From Botryllus schlosseri (lineage: Eukaryota), in the NCBI GenBank assembly GCA_051294905.1, contig CM119371.1, positions 8,248,001-8,312,000 on the forward strand: a DNA stretch of 64,000 nt, in the 5' to 3' direction. The stretch's first letter is position 1, and each line of letters opens with the position of its first letter. Below the pieces are notes generated by a model. It saw only the letters and a program-made list of their open reading frames with translations, was not told where the DNA came from and made no database searches. Of this stretch, positions 50,308-63,495 are shown in pieces. The translations under genes and the position numbers were made by a program.

Positions 50308-51001
50308 GTAAATAGTGTCGTATAATACCTGCCGTAGCATGAAATTGGGAATTGATTTTTATGTAATATTTACTAACAAACTTGTGACTGCTGGGAATAG
50401 CCTATTTCAGAGTATAAAAATGTGGTGATTTTGCTGAAAATTATGCTCCATATTCTAGTTTCTTGCTTACTGCAAGACGAATTTTGGCATCTAACTCATT
50501 TCTTAAGTATATATTCTATGTTGCAACAGAATTCATATGACACCCTTCACAAAAGTTTTGAAGTAGGCCTACGATATAGACAGAAATGAGAGGGATACTT
50601 CAGGGGCTGTTTACCTAAAATTATTACCTCAACTTTTGCATGATAAATCGATCAACTTATGTAACATAACAATGAGAACAACTATTTAATGCCAAAGTAT
50701 CTCATTTACAGACAAGTTCAAATTAGCTTGATAAAACTTCCATTTCACGGTTAAATGAGCAGAAAAAATCTTGTTTTTATATATGATAAACTGATAACCG
50801 CGTATGTTGGCCTACCGGTAATTCCGTTGAAATAAATTGCGGTTTATTCATATCAACTCAGAAATACTTCGTAATGTCTTGATCCAAATATCTGCAAAAT
50901 CTGAAACTTTTTTGATACCTCATCAAATTTTTGTTTGATCGGAAATTGAATTACAGCTTGGAATCAGAAGTATCTATGAATGAAGTTGATGTAGACTCGG
51001 C

Positions 51002-52253
51002 CAGTGCTCTTCAACCTTTTTCGACGTGGTACACCCTTTTAACGTTTGCTCAAAACTCGTACACCCCTGTTCATTAGGGGTCTTCAAAAATGACTTTCTT
51101 TCTCAAAGCGTACTGGCTACTTGATAAAATTGTTGGGTTACCTCACTTGAGCCTACACACCAAATTTGGTTCAATTCCAACCAGTATCCGCATTGCTACG
51201 GGAGAAGAAAGTTTCTATCTATTATATAAAAATAAATAACGAAAAATTTGAATATCTGTTCACCCCATGAAACTATTAAGTTGTCTATAAAAACGATGTT
51301 CTTTCAATTTGGTTCAATTCCAACCAGTAGAAGCCGAGTTATTGCGGTCAAAAAATTTGGATATGAATAAAACAGTAGGCCTATTTGGTCACAGAGTCTA
51401 TTCGCAGCCGCCCACCACGCAAATTGGAATATATTTCGTGTCAGCCCAAAAACAGCATGGCACTACGAACGATGATCAACCTAAATGTAACAGTATTGGG
51501 GAGAGAGTAGGTAAAGCTACTGTGGCAGAATCGGTAATTCAGATCAGCGACGATAGCAAGCGCACCAGCCTACTGCGTATCAGGCCTGCGGCACACCACA
51601 CACAGTCGATAGTAGCACATGGGCTGCAAGAGATGTCAGTAACCTCAGATCGTATGCCGCTATACACAGTCTATTGTCGCTAATTCGCATCACCAATACC
51701 AAAATACTAAATTACAAATGTATGTCGAAATATTGGACATACAATCGGCATTTTAAAACAAAAGGGTTTCGATTTCAACATTGAAGCTGTTTCGAACCTG
51801 GCTGGCTACGTCACTTCATTTATGTGCATTGCGGTATTTATTAACTTCGGGTAGGAAGTACCGATTCAAGGAGTTTGAGCTATCGCGACGGTTTCCTCAA
51901 AAATCACTAAAAGACAAATGACTAGCCGAACACATGTTTGTTAACTGCATACTTTCCAACACCAAATGGAACCATTGGTCATTGCCGACGGGTAAATGAA
52001 TAGGAGAAATATTTGCTTATGACATCACAATCAAGCGGTGTACAGTATTACACTTGAGATAACATCGTGCCATATTGCTCATTAACCTGTGCGTCAACCT
52101 GTACTGACCCATAAACCTGCCTTTGTGATAGATAGCCATCGGCTCATTGTAATTCGGATCTGGTACACCCCTGTACACCCCATCCGAGTGGTACACCCTT
52201 TGCAAATTCTGGTACTCCCTTGGGTGTACGACAATCCCGGTTGAAGAGCACTG
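51002..52253. mobile_element. hAT MITE (CAGTGCTCTTCAACC family), inverted relative to 12470-17123
   Basis: Perfect 15-bp TIR; TSD GACTCGGC/GACTACGC (6/8); contains a TAGGGG-TCTTCAAAA family fragment at 51075. Confidence 0.85.
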
Positions 52254-55200
52254 GACTACGCCTATTAGCCTACCAATTAAATATTATTAAGCAAAACATG
52301 TCAGTCATATTTATCTCCTCAACCAGCTTTCGTATACCAAGTTACTACCCAATTTTTGTGTAAACAGAATTACGCTAAAAATGTGCCAAGTTTATGTCAC
52401 ACATGATCGATTTTGAAAGGGGTAGGCTACTAAGATTGATATTGACCCTTGACCCCATTTGATTGTTGAACATTTTCCCTCCAGTATCAAGAGTTTCTTG
52501 TATTCTGTTATTAGACGACATATCCCCTCTTAACTACTTCAATACGTTGTTTTATGACCGTGCTGTAACAGGGAATGTGAAGTTGATTAAACTTCATCGT
52601 TGAGTGAGCACAAAATGGTTTCAGCATCGTGTCCTATATGGTGTCGACACAAGCAAATCGCACGTTTCAATGAAATTGTATCACGTCACAGTTTCCATTT
52701 GGCTACAGGCCATTTGACGGTGATTTTTGACCGGCTTGCCGAGCATTAAATTTGATGAATCGGGTATTAATCGAAAGCTGACGCTGTACTGCTTGCGAAA
52801 ATATAAATTTTATTCCACTCATAGCCCTGGAACCCCCACAATCAGCCCCAAATTATTCATTGTCGAGTAGATTGGCAGTGTGACGCAACAATGCTGTCTG
52901 GCGAAACGAGAGACTAGCTCGAGAGCAAGGATGCGGCCGAGCGGCGAGAGTGGGATCAGCTGACGTCGCGGCAATAGCAATGTGCAACCGCGCCACAGAG
53001 AAACGCTGCGCTGTTGATACTTTTTCTATGCGCTTCGGTACAAGCGAGCACACACCAGCCTTTCCTTTACTTGTAAGGGTAGAACTGGGTCCACAGAATG
53101 TATTTGGTCCCTACCAATTTTCGCGCAATATCCTTCAGCTGATAAAGATATTTCTAGTGAGAAAAATATACTAATAAGATTCACTCAAGACAGCAAATTT
53201 AGATAATGTAAATATATCATATTGTACTAATACAATTACAGTGTTGAGTTTTTCACTCTAGTCCCCATAAGCACCACGTCGGTGACCTTGACACCAAATT
53301 CTGAGAAGGCGAAAAAGTGCAAACTCTGTTGGGCCGAATGGACAATGGACATTCAGTTATTCACAGATGCGAAAAAAAATAATGCAAATCCGTTTTACGT
53401 AAGTTACATTAGGAATATAAATACTGGCTACAGAATGAATATAATTCAAATATCTGTGATACCACTGTATTACTTTTGACGCAAAAGGTCCCCGGCATTA
53501 AAAAAAAAACTGTTTGGTGATTGAAAAATGCCAAACCAAATTCCAACGTCAACGTTTATAGTGATATCAGATATATTCCAGTGAAAAACAAAGGTATGAA
53601 TTTGGTGGTAACATTTTGGAATCATTTGGCAGATATGGCCCGCAAGCTTTCTAGTAACGGATTGAATCCGGACAGCGATACCACTTTAATTCGACACTCC
53701 TGCTGTTAAACTTTATTCAACAATCAACATTTTACCTGCTGCATTCGCGGACCAAGTCCTACCCATACGGATCAAATAAAAGCTTGTAATGTATGCTCAT
53801 GCTCAATGCTCCTTGCTCACACTTAACCATAAAAGCGACTATAGATAGTATCGACACCCGCCATCAACAGCGCGACGTGCCTCTGGAGCCTTACGCAACA
53901 AGCGGGCTAAGGCAATCGATATCATAATAATCTGACATATCCAATGTAGACTATACTTAGACGTAGCCTACATATCTCTATCAGCTGAAGGATATTGCGC
54001 GCAAATTGGTAGGACCCTAATACACTATGGTTTCAGTGTATCAATATTGAAAAAATACTGTATTCTACACTCAGTGCTAGAGTAGATACTAGATTCACTC
54101 CTTAAATGACGTGAAAATCTGGGACCTAGTGAGTCACTGTGTTGTTGATTTGAAATGGAATTACCGATGGACGATGATGCTGGAGACGAAATCATGCAGG
54201 AAAACGGTTTGCTCGTAATTACTAGGCTTACATCTGTACAAAATCGAATACCGGTACCGGAGTTATTCTATTCTGAATCAAGTATTAGGCTTCACGTCGA
54301 GTATTTGATAATCACTCATGATGACGATGTAAGTATATGGGAGACCCAGAAGCTTCACTACAAAAACAAAACAAATTTGGTCTTAATGTCTCAAATTGAT
54401 TTTTTGCAAAAAAAGTCTTTGAAGACCAATCAGTCTTACCAAGTAGGACTACTTTCAGTCTCAAAAGTAAGACACAAATTGATCGAAAATAGTAACAGTG
54501 CTTTTGGGGCATCCTTTTCAATGTTAGGGTCTGAGCGAATGGGAAGCATGAGAGAGACCTTAATTTGCAGTGTTGGGATAATACTGTACTAAGGAGTTTA
54601 CAAGATATTCTTTTTTTAGGGGTCTGGAGGAGCCGGCTCATAACCTATAGTATCTTAGTAAATATCAATTTATTTTAAATGAATTACATACCATAAGTAT
54701 AGTTTCCAAGTTATAGCATGATGAAAAACAAGCTCTTAATGATCATTCAACTGTGAAATTGAAGGGCTTTTTCAGGGCAAATTTGAAATTGCGTCATACC
54801 CTTTCTTACAGATAGCATGGAACTGCAATTCAACGTTACATGAAGACCCGAACAAAAATTAGCGCCGTGTCTCTCACATTGATAAAGTTGACAATTATTG
54901 CTACTCTAGTAGTATAGTTGGCGACATTAGAAAAATAGATACATTCATAAGAAGCCAATAAAACGATATTCCCGTCGCATACTGTGTGTGCTTGGTCTTA
55001 ATGCTTGGTTGCTTTCAGTCGTCAAGTCTAAAAAGAAACGCGACATCAAAACATTTCCCGCTGTTATCGAAGGGCGGCTGGTGTTTATTCAAATCTGTCG
55101 TTGGATGTTACGGAAGACGGTTTGGCCATACCTTTCTATGAGTAGGGACAGATTTGCTATGCCAAGGTAGAAATTATTTTGTAACATATATCTCACTGCA

Positions 55201-56750
55201 TCAGTGGTTGACAGTAAGCTAGATTTTTGAATTGCTAACCTAGAGCTACTCACTTTTTAAACCCCGAAGCTAGAACTAAAACTACGGTATCCAAAAAGCC
55301 AGTAGCTAGTAGGCCCAGTTGGTATATCGCCAACTATCTAGATTGGCAGTTTTCACAAATCTACAGTTCATGGTTCTTGTGTGATGGCTCTCAATTGCGG
55401 TTCCGCGAAGACTTTTTTGCCATATCCGACAGATATTTTATAGTTTTATATCATAATTGCAAAATGCAAGATATTGAAGGCTTGTCACTTGATAAAAGAA
55501 TAGTCACACAATTTACAGAATTGTGACGTAGCGTTTTCCTTGTAACAAGTTTATTTCCGAAGGAATATATTATTCATAGGTATACTGTCTCTTGAAGTAC
55601 TCGTCATCCATTTCACTTTCCCAGAATGCGGTACCAACTCTCATCACAAATGCAACATAAAAATGCCGCATATACTTGCAGGGTGAATCAGTCTCTATGC
55701 TGGCGGCCGCGCTTGAAAAATTGGATAAAGCTTCTTCTGTGGAGGTAAGTTCATGGTTAATGACTTTGTGTCATACTTGAACAGCCAGATAATTCGAAAT
55801 TAGACTAATTAAAGCGAAATGCATGTAATCTAATGCCAATCTAATGTGTCTATGCGCACATTTTAATTCTAGTCTAATTCAGCTAACGTTTCCATCCTCT
55901 CGTTTTAAATCTAATCTAATTTGTGGAACTTTTGTATGATCTCATTTTGATTCTAACCTAATTTCTGGATTTCCAGTAAATGCAATAGGAGAACTGTATA
56001 GTACGAAACGAGCCAAGCTTGCTGTACAGACATTTGCTATTCCATGAGAATGAACTTGCTTGTGTTGTTGGACTTCTTTCTGATCCGTAATTCAATTCAG
56101 TCTACCAGTTTTTGCGAATTCATCGATTCTTATTCTAATTCTAATCTAATTTTGAAAAACATTGTACTGGTACTGTCATTCTAGTTCTAATAGAATTTGG
56201 TAAAACACTGTACGTGTCATTTTATCTAATTTGGGAATGCTGAAAATTTTTTATTACCGTATCTGTTAATTCACAGGTCAACACATAATTTTCGGCAGAC
56301 AAAGTAAAAGTGGTTTTGGTGGTTCTGAAGGTAACTGATTCCGAATATGTCCTCAATTTTTCCCAAATTTCCTCTATTTTCGCAGATGATGGGGATAATC
56401 TGACTATAATCTCATATTTTCGCTGTATGGGCTAGGTAAAAAATCGGCTCAGTCGTACTATAAAGTTCAGAAATTCAATATTTTTATCTTGACACGCTGA
56501 AGACTGTTTTTAATCATAATACATCAACAGAATATTATTCCGGGGTCCCGGTATAAGATTTATCATAATTGGAAACTTTTACGGATATTGTCATGTACAC
56601 AAATAATTCAAATTTCGTGTGCATCGTTTTTCAGGCAATCTAATGATTTAATCACGTAGCCAACAAGATTCAGGAAAAATAGTTTTTTTTTGAACAGCCC
56701 TACTGTGCAGAGAACCATTTCGCCAAAATATATTATATATTAGGCTAGAT

Positions 56751-58171
56751 TAGGGTTACCATATTTTTGTTTAGCAAATTCCGGACACTCTTTAGCGCCC
56801 ACTAGCGGATTAAAATGAGGTATTGAGTGTCAATATGACGTCACACTAACAAAGCATTGCCAAACGACTTTAGACGTTTGACAGCCCTGCTATACACTGT
56901 TAGGTCGGTGCGGCTATCTGATTGTGTGTTTTTATTTTAATGAGGTCCGAAACAACATTTTTTCCGCCATCTTCCGCCCAAAAAAGCACTGATCTCTAAC
57001 CCAGCATAGGGTAATCGATGTAACTTCTTGGGCAATTACTATATGCATTTGGCTGTTAAATTTTATGAATGAATTCTTCAATAATATTGATTCTTCCATT
57101 AGGCTGCCATAAAATGCACCAGCAGGTTGCACACCCGGTGATTTCCAACCTTTAATAGTCAGGACCTCATTTCAAACTTAAAAATGTTCCGTGGCCCAGC
57201 TAAAAACTTGATAAGCTGATTACTAAAAAAATTAGCTTGCCCAAACTTACCTACTCCCGGCTAGGGCTGGGCACAATGATTCAAGTAGCCTACTCGAATC
57301 TGAATCGAGTAATTATTTTACTGATTCGAGTCGAGTAGCAAAATACGATTTTTCGAGTACTGAAACTTTACGGTCCTCGCTACTGAAAGATATTTTATCT
57401 GCGTGCTGCCTTATCGCGTCGAGCAAGTGCGACGATGAAGACATCGAGCCATGTAACGGGTTAAGCAGCCGCTGCAGCTGGTCTTGTAGAAATTTCAATA
57501 AATTGCAGCTCCATTACGGTGGCGTTCTGAAGGAAATGGCCGCGGCCAAAAATTTTAGTTCGTTTTTATCTTCAATTTGAGACCACATCATTTTTAGAGC
57601 GCAGTGCCCCTTTAAGACGTCATAATAAGTGATACTCGACTCGAAGCATAATACGTTATTCAGAATCGAATCACTCACGTACTCGATTTTGCCCAGCCCT
57701 ACTCCCGGCCTAGGACGGTGATTACGTCCAACATCATCGCGATCCCCAGATAAAGGTAAACGACCCCAAGATTTGGAACCACTATCTGTGACTAAAGCAT
57801 CCAATCGGCATTGAACAACTCTAGTACTATACCGTTTGCTTATAATTGCGATTACCATTGGACTTATTTCAGTAAATGTTGGTAATTTATATTTATTTTG
57901 ATTGCATTTTTTTGCGAATATGGTGCCTGGTGCCCATACTAATATCTATATACGTTGCATTCCCTCGCGCGCAGCGCGAAGAAGAATTTCGAATATTATA
58001 AATCTGCTTGAAAAATATATTGTTTATGTTGATTTACGAAAAACTTTTGAGCCTACTTCAACCCTTCAAAATTCCGGACATTTAGGCATATTTTAGAAAT
58101 TCCTCCCGGACGCAGATTTTTCAGTGAAATTCCGGACATGTCCGGGAAATTCCGGACGTATGGCAACCCTA
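56751..58171. mobile_element. hAT MITE (TAGGGTTACC/TCCGGAC family)
   Basis: TAGGGTTACCATA...TATGGCAACCCTA; perfect TSD GGCTAGAT. Confidence 0.92.
57262..57701. mobile_element. hAT MITE (AGGGCTGGGCA family) nested in 56751-58171
   Basis: TAGGGCTGGGCA...TGCCCAGCCCTA; perfect TSD CTCCCGGC. Confidence 0.92.
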
Positions 58172-58867
58172 GGCTAGATGTCACTTGTACATGCCACAAA
58201 AAGCTGATCAACAAACAAGAAAACAAATATTGCTTAGTTGCGCACATTCATTGAAATTTGGGATATCCCAAGAAGCAAAAGATGATACAGAATCACAGAT
58301 CAGTCCAGTAAAGGCAGGCGGTAATGCAGGAAGCATAGTTTCACTGCATGCTCACCCAGTTAAACTCGTCCTGCAAGGGTAAATCTGTCACGTATCCCCC
58401 TTTGTGTCGTCGATTTCCTGAGATTGAGAACTCGGACAGATGAATTTCCAATATTTTTGAATATAAATTAGTGGCCGTCATAGGTCGATATCGATAATCG
58501 CTAAAGTTCCAAATATTGGCCTCGATCATCGGCTAGGTCGATATCGGTCGACCTCTACTACTTACTGTAACTAAACTGAACTGTAACTAAACTGAACGTA
58601 GAACAAGAACATTAAAATATTAGGCGATTTTCACCATTGAATTGAAACAGTGATAGATATGTTGGGTCATGGCGATACCAAATATCACAAATATCAAATA
58701 AATAAATAAATAAATATAAAAAATTTGAATTTAATGAGAAACTTGATGCTTCCTTTTTGATATCAAGTGTGTTGCACGTACACTGTCAGTGGAACAGGTA
58801 CTTGATTATAACTAAGTTTATATAATGATGTCAATCACTGATACATGCAGCTGACTGTGCGGCAGTG

Positions 58868-58960
58868 GTGAGCGAGATAGTGTAATGGTTATGCGTCCGG
58901 GTTCTCGATCGGTAGGTCGTGGGTTTGATCCCCGGCCGGGTCATACCAAAGACTGGAAAA
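58868..58960 (+). mobile_element. tRNA-derived SINE head
   Basis: A-box-like TAGTGTAATGG and B-box-like GGTTTGATCCC, followed by GGGTCATACCAAAGAC; no tRNA acceptor stem closure. Confidence 0.55.
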
Positions 58961-59073
58961 CTTATTGTGTGGCGTGTCTAAATAACTTGGTGAATTACTG
59001 GTGTAGAGATGTTACCCCTGTTGTTGACAGTCGTATGCATAATTTGAATTTTTAAAAAATACTTCCATTTCAG

Positions 59074-59385
59074 GCTCAAGATACTGAAATCGACTGCAAA
59101 CGATCGCACCCTCCACATTTGGTTGTTGCCAAGCACGAAAATGGCAAGATCCAGGGCTGGATTCTGGCTGATGGCCACAAAATTTCTTGCCAAGAATACG
59201 ATACGGTCTTTGACATGTTAATTAATATCATGGCATGCTATTATGCCTGGGACCTATCATATCCGAAAGATTTTCAGCTTCTGGCTTTCGTTCAACATGT
59301 GGTAATAGGTGACAAAAGTGCTCAATATGTGTCTACCAGATTGGCTGATTTCTTTTTAAGATTTCAACAATCTGCTCCAGAATAA
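59074..59385 (+). CDS. Terminal exon encoding a SAMD3-like C-terminal domain (type found in animal EnSpm/CACTA accessory genes); upstream exons appear decayed
   Basis: tttcag acceptor; 103 open codons with MACYYAWDLSYPKDFQLLAFVQ, matching the YxFxLxYP...FxQ motif of this family. Confidence 0.6.
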   Translation, partial: AQDTEIDCKRSHPPHLVVAKHENGKIQGWILADGHKISCQEYDTVFDMLINIMACYYAWDLSYPKDFQLLAFVQHVVIGDKSAQYVSTRLADFFLRFQQSAPE

Positions 59386-60284
59386 GACTTTTTCCGGGTT
59401 TCTCACTATCGTTCTTTGAGTAGTACTTCACAAGTACGTTAGATCGTACAAATCCTGTGAGGTTAAGTTCCTCTCCGCATTCGTTTATTGAGTATAGTAC
59501 TTTGGAGTACGTTTTAGTACTTGTACTAATTATGTTACATAATCCAAATTCTGTAATTAGTTTTTTTTTTTGTAATTCTTGATTGAAAAATTCTGCTCTG
59601 ATTTATGCTGATGCAAGGTCCTATTTCTTGCCTTCAATTTCATTGCGTTTACTTGTTGATTTCTTTGCACGTTCATTTTTCCGTTTATATTAAAATGTTC
59701 CATGCGGGATTCGAACAGTTTTAGATGTCGTCGAGTATACCAGGTGGTTTTAGTGTTATTTCGATGACAGGTCGACTTGACATGTACGCCAGATTATTTA
59801 GTATTCTATATCAGGCCGCATTGAGGTATCACCTAGATCGGAAACACCTAAATACGGAAACACCTTAATATGGAAACACCTGAATATAAAGCACAATCGA
59901 CATCATCTAGGACATTTTCGTGGGATCTTTTTTGACGAAAAAAGTGTTGTCTTTTCTGATTTCAATGACATGAAAAACTTACAGTGTATGATCATCAGAT
60001 ATCAGATGCAAGCACATTATTTTCCTGCACATATTCATATATTTCAAATTCAATACGTTGCTGTCACATTTTTGACATTTTATATACAGATCGCCATTGG
60101 CATGTCCAAGAGATGTGCTCTCGTCCGATTCAAGCCCTCACCACCGACAAAGTTGCAAATTGTATCGACTCGCTGAATGGCAAGGAAAATGCAAATGCAA
60201 ACAGAATGCTGGCAATTCCAACGGAGAATTTGAGGACATGTACGGTTTTGACTCGGGTTATTTTTTAACCTGAAGAAATGAACG

Positions 60285-60580
60285 ATTTTGACCTAAAATG
60301 GAAATTTTGACATTGCTTCAGTTTGGATGTTACAGTACGTTGAGCATAACATCATATCTACCTATTTGTTTTATTTGAATGTTTATGATTCACAATGAGC
60401 AGACCATGGGCCGTCTACAACTGCATCCCTCTAAAGTAGGCTACAAGCGGTAAAATATCGAATGTTAAGCTCACGGACACTGCAAAATCTACAAAATGAA
60501 CGAAATGCATGTTGCAAAAAAGATATAACTTTGTAAACAATTTAGACAATTTTTGGCCTAACGCTACAATTTTGACGTAC
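60285..60580. mobile_element. Internally deleted fragment of the TAGGGCG family
   Basis: Colinear with ~610-860 (TTTATGATTCACAATG, TGCAAAATCTACAA, CCTAACGCTACAATTTTGAC). Confidence 0.7.
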
Positions 60581-62985
60581 AGTAATTTTGACTTTTCTAA
60601 GTTTTAAAATTTTGAAAAAGTGTCCTCCATTCCCGATTCCAGAATATGGTAACCCTAAAATAAAGTCTATCGAAGAAATTGTTCGAGGCAAGTTGAATCA
60701 ATACACAAATTTATTCGAGTAGAGTCATTTGAAAAAATCACTCGAGTCCAGTCGAGTCACCAGAAAATCGAGTCATAGCAACCCTGCGTGAAGCTAGGTA
60801 GCCAACTCCAATTAACACTTGTAGAAAAGTGCGATGCTGACTACACTGACCACTTGTGATTTTTCTGTATAGAAACACAAGCCCCTGCAGGTCTCAGCGC
60901 AATAAAATTGAAGGAAACGTGTGAAGATTAAAAATGCAAAACGGGCAAAACTGAAAAATGCAAACGTACAGCTCGACTATGTGCTGGCAATCTTACTAGA
61001 AGTGTCAAAAGCTGAAGGTATGTCAGAGTCACAACTATCACCATACTTTCTAATTAAGCTATCTTGAAGCAGTGGTTTCTAAGAGGGGTTCACACGATAA
61101 CTCCAGGGGTTTTCTAAGCCAGATTTGGACAACTAGATCATTTTCAGCTTGTTCAAATTAGATTGGAATCAGAATGATAGCTAAAAGCTACAGTTTTTTT
61201 ACAAATTGCACTTGATTTGGAATTTTAACTAGACTGTTTTTTTTTCAAATTATATCAGAATCACAGTTAAAGCTACCCAATTTTTCGAAATTAGATTGAA
61301 ATATTGAATTTATTGGGTTAAATTAAAGAAAAAATTCAAATTTTTTCTGTCAACCCAATCAGATTGTTGACCTGTCTTCAAAAACGATGCAAAACAAATT
61401 TGACTCAATTCCAACTAGTAGAAGCGGAGTTATTCGAGTTTTTCGTTGATAATTCTCTGATTATTTTCCTTGATTGTTTTTTTTTCAATCTTCCCTAGTA
61501 AATTGAAAATTTTAATTGGATCTGCGGAGCCTAATACTTGTCAGAATTGAACCCAATTTGGTGTGCAGCGTTTTTTAGGGTAACCTGACAATTTAATCAC
61601 TGAATGGCTAGAATCCGGAAGAAAAAAAACTTATTTTTGAACAGCCCTAATGCAGTAATGCACACTGCACAGTCATGAAGGGGGCAATTAAATTTCCGGT
61701 TAACTTTACCAAAGCAGTGTCTCGACTTCATTTGGCCAAAAGGGAGCAGAACAACACTGTCCAAAACAGCGTACTCGAATGTATTGTTCTTCTTTGGTAT
61801 CGGCTAACATGTTTACTCTATGAGTTCTTTGATAAAATGATGCCATCATGTTTCAGCAACTTCTCCTGTTCCAATACAAGGATTGTCGGGGTGTAGTTTT
61901 CACTGAATCTCGAGTGATACGAGATCTGAAAAATCCCTGCGTAAATATTAGAAGATACCTCTGATACGCATTCATCAGTTTCAAGCATGAACAGTCGAAC
62001 ACGCTTTGAAACTTTAAGAAGTTTCATTATCTATCCCTACATTTGGCTCAATTCCAACCAGTGGAAGCGGAGTTATCGCAGTCGGAAATTTGGATTTGAA
62101 TAATAGGTGTCGTATTAACGGTGGGCAGGTTATTAATTTTTCATATCCTAATTTTTTGACTGCAATAACTCTGCTTCCATTGGTTGGAATTGGCCAAATT
62201 TGGTGAGCAGCGTTTCTGTAGACAAACTATCAATTTCATGGGTTGATCAGAAAATATTGAAAAAAAATTAGTTACTTTTTATATAGTAAATCAAATTCTT
62301 TCATCTCTGTTACAATGCGGCAACTGGTTGGAATTAAACCAAGTTTGGTGTAGTGAGTTTTTATAGCCAAACTAACAACTTTATCATGTAGGCCTAGTCA
62401 GTTGAATTTGAAAAAATGGTAATTTTGAAGACACCTTGTACACTGTACAATTCGTGTTTTCCTGTGCGTATTTGTGTATTTGAATACGTCACTCACATTT
62501 TCAACATATACTGTTCAGTTCGCCATCGATTCCACCATCGCCCATCAGCCACTCCAAGAGACGTACTTTCGTCCAATTCAAGACCTCGAAACAAGCGACC
62601 AATTGTTTTGACGCGCTGAATGGTGAAGAAAACGTATGTAGATTCGTCCATGCTAAGTGGTACTTTCATTTCACTCTTACGGCGCTGCAACAAAACTTGT
62701 GCAAACTACTGGGTTTGCAAAATCTGTACGGTACTCATTTTCCAAAACTTGCAACCACAACTATATCTAGAACAAACTATCTTTGATCATTGGATAGGCC
62801 TACCAACTAACGAAAACACAACTAACTAATTAATGACTGATAATGCTAATTACTGAATCGCAAAATAAGCTAAGAAATATTGGAGATAGATTCGGCATTG
62901 CAAAAGGCCAGGATTTCGAGCTTGGGATGAAAGGGATTCCGTGAACCAACACCCACCACCAGGCTTAACCACTGTTAGTGATGAC

Positions 62986-63495
62986 TGGAGCAAGTTTTTG
63001 TTGCAGTCAAGTCCGTGGAAAGTTGCACTTATTTTTCATAAAATTTGCGGTAAAAAGTTGCATTTACTTTTCACATAAGTTCGTTGAAATTATTAGGGTT
63101 TAAGATACTAGAACCGATCCGTATCCAAGGCACTTGGCAAAACTCGGTGTTGATGACTTCGCCTGAAAAAATTGACCCAGTGAAAATATAATTTTGGCGG
63201 TCTAGCCTGAATGTACGTCAAATCAGAATGGACGTCAAATTCAAACGACAGTGAAATAATCAAGCGATCTATTTACCTATAGTGCCAAAAGAGCGAGTTG
63301 CATGAAAAATCGAAAAAAAAACTTGCATGAAAAAATAGAGAACAGTTGCAAGCAATTGCATGAAATATATGGAGAAAAGTTGCAAAAAGTAGCAATAGAA
63401 ATTTCCTCCAAACATCCTAGAACACCATACTACATAACTTCTGAGTATTTAGGAGGCTGACGGAAGCTGTAAAAAAGTTGCAGAAACTTGCCCTA
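62986..63495. mobile_element. hAT-type MITE with AAGTTGCA repeats
   Basis: TGGAGCAAGTTT...AAACTTGCCCTA; perfect TSD GTGATGAC. Confidence 0.8.

Noticed and set aside
58868..58945. Functional tRNA gene
   Set aside because: A/B-box-like motifs only; no cloverleaf closure, and it continues into a SINE-like body
62043..62200. Long hairpin as a structured ncRNA
   Set aside because: Explained by inverted internal modules of the TAGGGCTGTTC MITE family
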